A stretch of 64,000 nt of DNA from an uncultured Acidobacteriota bacterium (GTDB lineage: Bacteria; Acidobacteriota; Vicinamibacteria; Fen-336): the NCBI GenBank assembly GCA_963700695.1, contig CAVOYO010000004.1, forward strand, positions 71,959-135,958, in the 5' to 3' direction. How positions within the stretch are numbered: position 1 is the first letter of the stretch; every line of letters begins with the position of its first letter. This document shows, in pieces, positions 1 to 7,212 of this stretch. A program made the translations under genes and the position numbers. Below the pieces are notes generated by a model. The model had not been told where the DNA came from and made no database searches. It was given only the letters and a program-made list of their open reading frames with translations.

Positions 1-718
1 GGACCGCGGCGGCTCTGGTGTCCAGGCCCCGGGAGTCGACGCCGGCGGCCCGCAGCGCGTCCAGGAGATGGCCCTTCCCACAGGCGAGGTCGACGACCGG
101 GGTGGAGTCGCGGAGGAGCGCCACGTTCTCCTCGAGCCCCATCCCCTCCGGGCCTTCCGGGTGGTGATCCTCGCGGGCTCCCTCCGTCATCGCCTCCAGC
201 CGGTCGCGGAGCGCGAGGAGGCCCTCGAAGCGACGGTCCAGTGACTCGAGCCGCCGGTCGAAGGTCTCGAGCACCAGCTCCGAGCGCGTCGTCGCCAGGG
301 ACGAGGCGACGCGGGCACGGGCATCGACGAGCGGCTGGACACGCTGGACGTACCGCACGACCGCGCCCGCGAGCTCGCGCAGGTGGGCGTGCAGGGCCTC
401 GAGCGGACCGAGGTGAGCATTCAGCAGCTGGACGAGGGCGGCGTTGAACTCCGACTGCCTCTCGAGCGCCGGGGCGACCGCGTCCCACGCGCGCTGTCGC
501 AGCGCCCCTCCGAGGCCTCCCCCCACCGGACGCCCCGGGGGCGACCAGAGGGCGTTGAGCCGGTCGAGCCGCTCACGAACCTCGGGGGTCGTCTCGGAAG
601 GGAGCGGGAACGAGGCCAGACGATCGACCGCGGCGAGCACCTCGGCGTACGCGGCCTCCTCTTCGTCGAGGCGGGTCCGGAGTGCCTCGAGAGCGGGGTG
701 CTCGTTCTCCGGGGACAC
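1..718 (-). CDS. class I SAM-dependent methyltransferase with long N-terminal coiled-coil region (3' end runs off the window)
   Basis: My own minus-strand translation starts at GTG 716-718, the first start after the in-frame TAG of the upstream gene. It reads VSPENEHPALEALRTRLDEEEAAYAEVL...RDRLEAMTEGAREDHHPEGPEGMGLEENVALLRDSTPVVDLACGKGHLLDALRAAG with no stop. VDLACGKG fits methyltransferase motif I. It is absent from the ORF track because no stop lies inside the window. Confidence 0.55.
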   Translation of the reverse strand, partial: MSPENEHPALEALRTRLDEEEAAYAEVLAAVDRLASFPLPSETTPEVRERLDRLNALWSPPGRPVGGGLGGALRQRAWDAVAPALERQSEFNAALVQLLNAHLGPLEALHAHLRELAGAVVRYVQRVQPLVDARARVASSLATTRSELVLETFDRRLESLDRRFEGLLALRDRLEAMTEGAREDHHPEGPEGMGLEENVALLRDSTPVVDLACGKGHLLDALRAAGVDSRGLDTRAAAV

Positions 719-727
719 CGGTCGTGC

Positions 728-1147
728 CTACTTCGCCGCGCGTGCCGCCAGGAACGTCAGCACGATCTCGTCGAGGGAGAGGTCCTCCTTCCCCCACTCC
801 TCGGGGGCGGGCGCGAACCCTCCGCGCTTGACCTCGAGGATCATGGAGTTGTGCTGCTCCTCCATCAGACGGGAGATGGCCTTCTCCTTGTTTTCCTCCT
901 CGAGGAGGTCGGCATAGGGCAGGCGGCGCGAGGCGAGGATCTCGCCGCCCTTGTAGATCAGCGTCTCGATCAACGGGTTCTCCGCGCCCTTGTCCTCGGT
1001 CTGGACGTGGTAGACGAGCCCCCGGTACTTCACGTCCGAGTTGAAGCCCGTGATCACGGCCAGATTTTCGCCTTTGTGTGGTGGCCAAGGCAACTGCCCA
1101 TCATCTCGCCTGTGCCATGATGTCCCTATCACCATGCCCCAAGACAC
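728..1147 (-). CDS. hypothetical protein (motif VYHVQTEDKG); start uncertain
   Basis: 139-aa ORF with normal, non-repetitive composition, unlike the overlapping ORFs. It lies 9 nt upstream of the methyltransferase gene on the same strand. The real start may be an internal TTG or GTG, because the listed ATG overlaps the divergent small ORF. Confidence 0.45.
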   Translation of the reverse strand: MSWGMVIGTSWHRRDDGQLPWPPHKGENLAVITGFNSDVKYRGLVYHVQTEDKGAENPLIETLIYKGGEILASRRLPYADLLEEENKEKAISRLMEEQHNSMILEVKRGGFAPAPEEWGKEDLSLDEIVLTFLAARAAK

Positions 1148-1277
1148 GTCCGATCGCCGCCACGACGACGGCCCGGTCCCACTGTTCGGGACCTGGCCGC
1201 GGATCTACGGCGCGGTCGTCGCCGCCGCGCTCGTGGTCATGGCGCTCCTGGCCCTCTTCTCCGGGTGGCCCTATTGA
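1134..1277 (+). CDS. small single-TM membrane protein preceding the SSS transporter
   Basis: Internal ATG of ORF 1041..1277 gives MPQDTSDRRHDDGPVPLFGTWPRIYGAVVAAALVVMALLALFSGWPY, with one clear hydrophobic helix. Its stop overlaps candidate starts of the symporter (GTG 1265, TTG 1274). Confidence 0.4.
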   Translation: MPQDTSDRRHDDGPVPLFGTWPRIYGAVVAAALVVMALLALFSGWPY

Positions 1278-2989
1278 GCGCGGGGTTCGGCGCCCTCTCT
1301 CCCGCGGACTGGGTCGTGCTCGCCGTCTACCTCGCGGTCATCGTGAGCTTCGGGCTCTGGATGGGCCGCGGGAACCGCCGGGTGGACGACTTCTTCCTCG
1401 CCGGCCGCGAGATGCGGTGGTGGGCGGCCGGCCTCTCCGTCATGGCCACGCAGGTCAGCGCGATCACCTTCGTGGGGACGACCGGTCAGGCCTACACGAA
1501 GGGCATGAGCTTCCTGGCCTTCTACCTGGGCCTGCCCTTCGCGATGGTGATCCTGAGCATCACCCTCGTCCCGCTCTTCTACCGCGCGGGTGTCTTCACC
1601 GCCTACGAGTACCTCGAGCGTCGCTTCGATGCCCGCACCCGCACCGTGACGAGCCTGCTGTTCCTTCTCTCCCGGGGTCTCGCCCTCGGAGTGACCCTCT
1701 ACGCGCCGTCTCTCGTGCTCTCGGTCGTCCTCGGCTGGAGCGAAACGGCGACCATCCTCCTGATGGGCGGGACCACCATCCTCTACGTCGTCTATGGCGG
1801 GAATCGTTCGGTGATCTGGACCGACGTCGTGCAGATGGGCCTCATCTGGCTCGGGATCTTCGTGTGCGTGGGGGTCGCGATCACCCGTCTCCCGGAGAGC
1901 TTCGCGCTGCGCGACGCCCTCGCCCTCGCCCAGACCACCGCGCGCCTCGAGACGATGGACCTCTCGCTCGACCCCACCCGGCCCTACACCGTGTGGAGCG
2001 GCCTGATCGGCGGCACGTTCCTGGCCATGGCCTACTTCGGCTGCGACCAGAGCCAGGTGCAACGCTACCTCTCCGGACGCAGCCTCACCGAGAGCCGGCT
2101 GTCGCTCCTCTTCAATGCCTTCCTCAAGGTCCCGATGCAGTTCCTGATCCTGCTGACCGGGGTCCTGGTCTTCGTCTTCTTCCACTTCCACGCCCCGCCG
2201 CTGCTGTGGAACCGAGCCGAGCTCGCCCGTGTCGAGCGGGCGGTGCCGGCGGCGGAGCTTCAGCGGGTGCAGGGCGCGTTCGAGGCCGCGCACCTCGAGC
2301 GCCGGGCCGCGGCCGAGGCCTTCGCCCTCGCCCGCCACGAAGACGGGGACGTGCCCGAGGCTCGGGAAGGCTACCTGGCCGCGGGTCGGCGCGTGGAGCA
2401 AGCGGAGGCGGAGGCACGTCGGCTGGCGGAGTCGGTCACCGGAGAGCCCTACAACGACACGAACTACATCTTCCCGACGTTCGTGGTCTCGCAGCTGTCG
2501 GGCGGGCTCGCCGGTCTCGTCATCGCGGTCATCTTCGCCGCGGCGATGTCCTCGCTCTCGGGCGAGTTCAACTCGCTCGCCACCGCGAGCCTCGTCGACT
2601 TCTACCGGCGCTACGTCAAGACGAGCGCGAGCGACGGGCACTACCTCGCGGTCTCGCGCCTGTTCACGATGTTCTGGGGAGTCTTTGCCTGTTTCGTCGC
2701 CCTCGAGGCGGGCCGTCTCGGGTCCGCGATAGAGGTGGTGAACAAGTTCGGCTCCTTCTTCTACGGCTCGATCCTCGGCGTCTTCGGCCTCGCCGTTCTC
2801 ACTCCCTCGGCCACGCCGCGCGGGGCGTTCTACGGCCTCCTGGCCGGGATGACCGCCGTCTTCCTCGTCTCGCGGCTCACCGCCATCGCCTTCCTCTGGT
2901 ACAACGTGATCGGCGCGGTGACCGTGTTCCTGGTGGGTCTGGCCATCACCGCCCTCGCTCCCGGGCCTCGCCCGGCCGGGGCACGCTGA
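1265..2989 (+). CDS. sodium:solute symporter (SSS) family transporter
   Basis: 574-aa polytopic ORF. The N-terminal region GREMRWWAAGLSVMATQVSAITFVGTTGQAY is typical of the SSS family. It carries a long charged insertion (NRAELARVERAV...EAEARRLAESVTGEPYND) between hydrophobic blocks. Confidence 0.88.
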   Translation: MALLSAGFGALSPADWVVLAVYLAVIVSFGLWMGRGNRRVDDFFLAGREMRWWAAGLSVMATQVSAITFVGTTGQAYTKGMSFLAFYLGLPFAMVILSITLVPLFYRAGVFTAYEYLERRFDARTRTVTSLLFLLSRGLALGVTLYAPSLVLSVVLGWSETATILLMGGTTILYVVYGGNRSVIWTDVVQMGLIWLGIFVCVGVAITRLPESFALRDALALAQTTARLETMDLSLDPTRPYTVWSGLIGGTFLAMAYFGCDQSQVQRYLSGRSLTESRLSLLFNAFLKVPMQFLILLTGVLVFVFFHFHAPPLLWNRAELARVERAVPAAELQRVQGAFEAAHLERRAAAEAFALARHEDGDVPEAREGYLAAGRRVEQAEAEARRLAESVTGEPYNDTNYIFPTFVVSQLSGGLAGLVIAVIFAAAMSSLSGEFNSLATASLVDFYRRYVKTSASDGHYLAVSRLFTMFWGVFACFVALEAGRLGSAIEVVNKFGSFFYGSILGVFGLAVLTPSATPRGAFYGLLAGMTAVFLVSRLTAIAFLWYNVIGAVTVFLVGLAITALAPGPRPAGAR

Positions 2990-3000
2990 GGCGCCCCCCG

Positions 3001-3654
3001 ATGCCCCGCGAGCCGGAGCCGCCCTCGCCCACGGATCTCGACGCCGCCGACGACGAGCTCGTCCGTCGCTTCAACGCGGCGATGGACGACGCCGTTCGGC
3101 GAGCGGGCCCGCTGTTCGGCTGCGGACCGGGTCACAGCCGGTGCTGCCGGGGGCTCTTCCCGATCAATCTCCTCGACGCGCGGCGGCTGGAGCGGGGCAT
3201 GGCCGCCCTCGAAGCCCGCGATCGCGCCCGGGCGGGCGCGGTCCGTCGCCGGGCCACCCGGGTCGTCCGGCGGTTCGCCGGGAGGTTCCCCGGCGACCCG
3301 CGCACGGGTGTGCTCGGCGACGACGAGGAGGTGGAGCGGCGCTTCTGTGCCCGTCACGGAGGGCTGATGTGCCCGGCGCTCGACGGCGCGACGGGACGAT
3401 GTGACCTCTACGAGTGGCGACCGCTCGCTTGCCGGTCGATGGGTCCGCCGGTCCGCCTCGGGGGGGTCGACCTCGCGCCGTGTCCGTACTGCTTCGGGCC
3501 GGCGGCCGCGGAAGAGGTCGAACGGTGCCGAGCCGTCCCCGACCGGGAAGGGCAGGAGGTCCCGCTGCTCACCGAGCTCGAGGCTCGTCTGGGGCGGCGC
3601 GGCGACACGTTCATCGCGTTCGCTCTGCTCGGTCTGCCGACCGCCCGCCGCTGA
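3001..3654 (+). CDS. YkgJ-family (UPF0153) cysteine-cluster protein
   Basis: Internal ATG at 3001 of the chimeric 858-aa ORF 1078..3654. Cys motifs are FGCGPGHSRCCRGLFPI and CPALDGATGRCDLYEWRPLACRSMG, plus CPYC, which resembles the CxxCxxCC zinc/iron-chelating family. Confidence 0.7.
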   Translation: MPREPEPPSPTDLDAADDELVRRFNAAMDDAVRRAGPLFGCGPGHSRCCRGLFPINLLDARRLERGMAALEARDRARAGAVRRRATRVVRRFAGRFPGDPRTGVLGDDEEVERRFCARHGGLMCPALDGATGRCDLYEWRPLACRSMGPPVRLGGVDLAPCPYCFGPAAAEEVERCRAVPDREGQEVPLLTELEARLGRRGDTFIAFALLGLPTARR

Positions 3655-3879
3655 CGCCGCCCCGCGGGCCCGGGTCGGTTCCGGAGCCCCGGGCGGGCTC
3701 GGCTCGCCCCACGGGGCCTCGGGGCAGGCCCCGGGGCCCGCAAGAGCTTCGCCGACGCTCCATCAAGACGCATTCGCTGCGGGACTCCCAGGGTGTCGTG
3801 TGTAGTGCGTTCGCTCCATTTGCTAGAGCGAAAAGCATTTGCGCGCCCGATCGTTCTCCCCTAGACTTGGAATGGAAGT

Positions 3880-3894
3880 TGAAATCGAGTTTCA
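3880..3894 (+). promoter_or_regulatory. imperfect 7-1-7 inverted repeat TGAAATC-G-AGTTTCA just upstream of the feoB ATG (candidate metalloregulator operator)
   Basis: Read directly from a locally AT-richer island (about 3790-3896). 6 of 7 positions are self-complementary. Resemblance to a Fur box is only loose. Confidence 0.2.
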
Positions 3895-3896
3895 CA

Positions 3897-5774
3897 ATGG
3901 CCGAGGCCTCCTCTACGATTGCGCCCGAGCGGATCGAGGGTGAGGTGCGCGCGCCGGCCGAGCGGCTTCGTCGTGTCATCCTCCTGGGCAACCCGAACGT
4001 CGGGAAGAGCGCCCTCTTCAACGCGCTGACCGGCCTGCGGGCCACGGTCTCGAACTACCCCGGCACCACCGTCGAGATCGCCCGGGGCCGGCTCTCGGGA
4101 ACCGAGACCGAGGTGATCGATTCGCCCGGCCTCAACTCGATCCTCCCGCTGAGCGAGGACGAGCGGGTCACCTGGGACCTCGTCCGCGATATGCACGACG
4201 AGCCGGGGTCGGTGGTCGTCCAGGTGGCCGACGCCAAGAACCTCCGTCGCGCCCTTCTTCTCACACTGCAGCTCGGGCAGCTCGAGGTGCCGAGCGTCCT
4301 CGTCCTGAACATGAGCGACGAGGCGGAGGCGCGGGGGATCCGGATCGATTGCGCGGGACTCGAGGAGGCGCTCGGCGTCCCGGTGCGCACCACCGTGGCG
4401 ACGCGGGGTGTTGGCGTCGAGGAGGTGTCGGCGGCCCTCGCCGAGGCCCGGCACCCGAGGAACCACCTGCCGCTGCCGGAGGACGTGGCCGGGCCCGCGC
4501 TCGCCCTCCTCGCGGACGGGGTGGCACCGGCCTCGGCCGAGCCCGACCTGCTGGTGCGGTATCACGAGGCGCTTCTCGGCCACGCCGATTCGCTGGCCGG
4601 GCGCTTCGCGAGCGAAGGTGAGCCGGCTGGGCGGGCCCTGTCGCGCCACCTCGGCCGGCTGGCCGTCCACCCCGTGTGGGGATGGCCGATCCTCGTGGGA
4701 ATCCTGTTCGCGCTCTATCAATTCGTCGGCGTCTTCGGGGCGGGCACGCTCGTCGACCTCCTCGAAACGAGGTTCTTCGGGGGGGTGCTGAGCCCGCTGG
4801 CCACCGCCCTCTTTGCCCCGATTCCCTGGGCCCCGGTGCGCGATCTGTTCGTGGGTGAGTACGGCCTCATCACGATGGGCCTCTCCTACGGTCTCGCCAT
4901 CGTGCTTCCCATCGTTGCCACGTTCTTCATCGCCTTCTCGATCCTCGAGGACTCGGGATACCTGCCGCGCCTCGCGGTGATGACGGACCGGGTGTTCAAG
5001 GTGATGGGGCTCAACGGCAAGGCGGTCCTCCCGATGGTTCTGGGCCTCGGTTGCGACACGATGGCGACCCTGACCACTCGCATCCTGACCACGCGCAAGG
5101 AGCGACTGCTGGCAACCCTGCTGCTGGCGCTGGGGGTCCCGTGCTCGGCCCAGCTGGGGGTGATCCTCGCGATGCTGGCGGTGGTTCCCCCGTCGGCGGC
5201 GGCCGTCTGGTTCGTGGCGGTGGTCGGGGTCATGGTGACGGTGGGCTGGCTCGCCGCCCGCGTGCTGCCCGGCCAGAGGGGGGACTTCGTCGTGGAGCTC
5301 CCGCCGATGCGCCTTCCCGCCCTGGGCAACGTGCTCTCGAAGACGGTGGCGCGGGTCGAGTGGTACCTCAAGGAGGCGCTGCCTCTCTTCCTCCTGGGGA
5401 CCCTGGTCCTCTTCACCCTGGACGCCTTCCGTCTCCTCGACGCCGTCGTCCGGGCCGGGCGCCCCCTCGTGGTCGGCGTCCTCGGGTTGCCCGCAGACGC
5501 GTCGGCGGCCTTCCTGATCGGCTTCCTCCGGCGTGACTTCGCGGCGACGCGGCTGTTCGACATGTCGCGGGCCGGCGAGCTCGACACCGTGCAGCTCGTG
5601 GTGGCGATGGTGACAATCACGCTCTTCATTCCCTGCATCGCCAACGTCTTCGTGATCGCGAAGGAGCGGGGCTGGAGGACGGCGGCCCGCATCGCCGCCT
5701 TCATCTTCCCGGTGGCGTTCGCGGTGGGCGGGCTCGTCCGCGTCGTGATGCTGGGCCTCGGGATGGGGGGCTGA
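3897..5774 (+). CDS. feoB: ferrous iron transporter FeoB
   Basis: Starts at the internal ATG at 3897 of ORF 3414..5774. G-domain motifs are LLGNPNVGKSALFNALTG, YPGTTVE, DSPG and LNMSDE. A polytopic C-terminal half follows. Confidence 0.92.
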   Translation: MAEASSTIAPERIEGEVRAPAERLRRVILLGNPNVGKSALFNALTGLRATVSNYPGTTVEIARGRLSGTETEVIDSPGLNSILPLSEDERVTWDLVRDMHDEPGSVVVQVADAKNLRRALLLTLQLGQLEVPSVLVLNMSDEAEARGIRIDCAGLEEALGVPVRTTVATRGVGVEEVSAALAEARHPRNHLPLPEDVAGPALALLADGVAPASAEPDLLVRYHEALLGHADSLAGRFASEGEPAGRALSRHLGRLAVHPVWGWPILVGILFALYQFVGVFGAGTLVDLLETRFFGGVLSPLATALFAPIPWAPVRDLFVGEYGLITMGLSYGLAIVLPIVATFFIAFSILEDSGYLPRLAVMTDRVFKVMGLNGKAVLPMVLGLGCDTMATLTTRILTTRKERLLATLLLALGVPCSAQLGVILAMLAVVPPSAAAVWFVAVVGVMVTVGWLAARVLPGQRGDFVVELPPMRLPALGNVLSKTVARVEWYLKEALPLFLLGTLVLFTLDAFRLLDAVVRAGRPLVVGVLGLPADASAAFLIGFLRRDFAATRLFDMSRAGELDTVQLVVAMVTITLFIPCIANVFVIAKERGWRTAARIAAFIFPVAFAVGGLVRVVMLGLGMGG

Positions 5775-6235
5775 TGACGACGCTGCCCCTGGCCGTTGCG
5801 CCCGCCGATCCCGTGACCTGCGCGCTGTGCGGCTTCGAGTACACTCCGGGTGGGGATTCCTGCCGGGAGCACGGCTGTCCGATCGCCCTCGGCACCTGCG
5901 CCACCCGCCACTGTCCCAACTGCGGCTACACCGTGCCCGATGAGCAGAAGAGCTCGAGCCTCGGCTTCCTCCGGAGAATACTGGGCCGACGTGAGCCGAT
6001 GGCGGCGGGGACGGTGGCGGAGCTTCCCGCGGGCGCCCGCGGCGTGGTGGCCCGGCTGGAGGGTGATCCGGAGCTGCTGACACGACTCACCGCCCAGGGT
6101 CTTGCCCCGGGCGTGGCCCTGCAGCTTCTCCAGCGCTCGCCCACCTACGTGATCGAAATGGGGGAGACGACGATCGCGCTGGAGCGCCGGGTGGCGGAGG
6201 CAATCGTCCTGCGCGACCCGGACGGACGCGGTTAG
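5774..6235 (+). CDS. FeoA-domain protein with N-terminal Cys-rich zinc-ribbon-like extension
   Basis: The C-terminal part (AELPAGARGVVARLEGDPELLTRLTAQGLAPGVALQLLQRSPTYVIEMGETTIALERRVAEAIVL) is FeoA-like. The N-terminal part has CALCG...C..HGC...C...HCPNCG. Its start overlaps the feoB stop (TGATG). Confidence 0.78.
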   Translation: MTTLPLAVAPADPVTCALCGFEYTPGGDSCREHGCPIALGTCATRHCPNCGYTVPDEQKSSSLGFLRRILGRREPMAAGTVAELPAGARGVVARLEGDPELLTRLTAQGLAPGVALQLLQRSPTYVIEMGETTIALERRVAEAIVLRDPDGRG

Positions 6236-6237
6236 GC

Positions 6238-6270
6238 CGGTCCGAGCCCGGGGGGCGGCTCCTCGGACCG
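6238..6270 (+). terminator. GC-rich hairpin after the feoA-domain gene (9-bp stem CGGTCCGAG/CTCGGACCG), no U-tract
   Basis: Stem complementarity read directly. It lies 3 nt after the TAG at 6233-6235. Confidence 0.3.
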
Positions 6271-6482
6271 TGGAGGACCCGGACCGGATGACCTTCTCCA
6301 ACGACCGTGCCCGTGGGCTCTGGGCTCGAACGCGCGTTCACGTCTGGCCCGACCGCAGACGGGGTGCACGCCGAGCCCCCTGGGGTCCCACGCGGTGAAG
6401 AGACACGCGACCTCGGTGACACGGCACCAGGAAGGACCGCCAACGAGCGACGGCCGTGGCCGCGAGGAGCAGAGGCTACGGG

Positions 6483-7208
6483 CTACAGCGACTCGCCGTC
6501 CAGCGCGAGCAGGTCGTCCACGACGAGCGGCTCGCGCGTTGTGAAGCCTTCCCCGTACGGCACTCCGATGCGCTGGCCGTGACGGCGGGCCGCGAGCTCC
6601 ACCCGCTCCTTGAACAGATCAAGAGGGAGCTTCTCGGCCTCGGCCCCCGGGGGTGGCGCGAACTGGCTCGCGTAGGCCGCGATGGCCTGGAGCTTCGTCT
6701 CCCAGAAGGCGGTGATGTCCACGACGAAGGTCGGCTTGACCTCGGTCATCTCGGTCATCGTCACCGCGTAGACGAGCTTGCGGGGCCGCCAGGCGGGGCC
6801 GAGGGCGGGGCGGTAGTTGCGGAGCCCGGCCAGGAAGCACCCGTCGTAGACGAGATGGCTGGCCGCCGCGTGGTCGGGGTGCCGCTGCTCCCAATGCTGC
6901 GTCAGGACCACCCGGGGCCGTAGCCGCCGAACCACCTCGACGACCGCGTCCCGGTACTCGGGCGTCGCCTGGAGCCGCGCGTCGGGCAGCCCCAGCGACT
7001 CGCGATGGGTCGCGCCGAGGATCTTGGCTGCCGCCTCCGCCTCCTGGGCCCGGGTCTGCGGGGTGCCGCGGCTGCCACACTCCCCGCGCGTGAGGTCGAC
7101 CAGGGCCACGCGGCGCCCGCGGGAGGTCTCGCGGGCGATCGTGCCTCCCATGACGAGCTCCGCGTCGTCGGGGTGGGCCCCGACGGCGAGGATGTCGAAG
7201 CTGTCCAT
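6483..7208 (-). CDS. bshB1: bacillithiol biosynthesis deacetylase BshB1 (PIG-L/LmbE family)
   Basis: N-terminus ILAVGAHPDDAELVMGGTIARETSRGRRVALVDLTRGE shows the PIG-L-family AHPDD motif. The specific call is supported by bshA and bshC further upstream on the same strand. Confidence 0.78.
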   Translation of the reverse strand: MDSFDILAVGAHPDDAELVMGGTIARETSRGRRVALVDLTRGECGSRGTPQTRAQEAEAAAKILGATHRESLGLPDARLQATPEYRDAVVEVVRRLRPRVVLTQHWEQRHPDHAAASHLVYDGCFLAGLRNYRPALGPAWRPRKLVYAVTMTEMTEVKPTFVVDITAFWETKLQAIAAYASQFAPPPGAEAEKLPLDLFKERVELAARRHGQRIGVPYGEGFTTREPLVVDDLLALDGESL

Positions 7209-7212
7209 GCCC

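Noticed and set aside
1078-3654. 858-aa ORF spanning the symporter region and the YkgJ-like gene.
   Set aside because: Only the last ~217 codons (from ATG 3001) look like real protein. The upstream part is a shadow frame of the SSS gene, which has clear transporter sequence in another frame.
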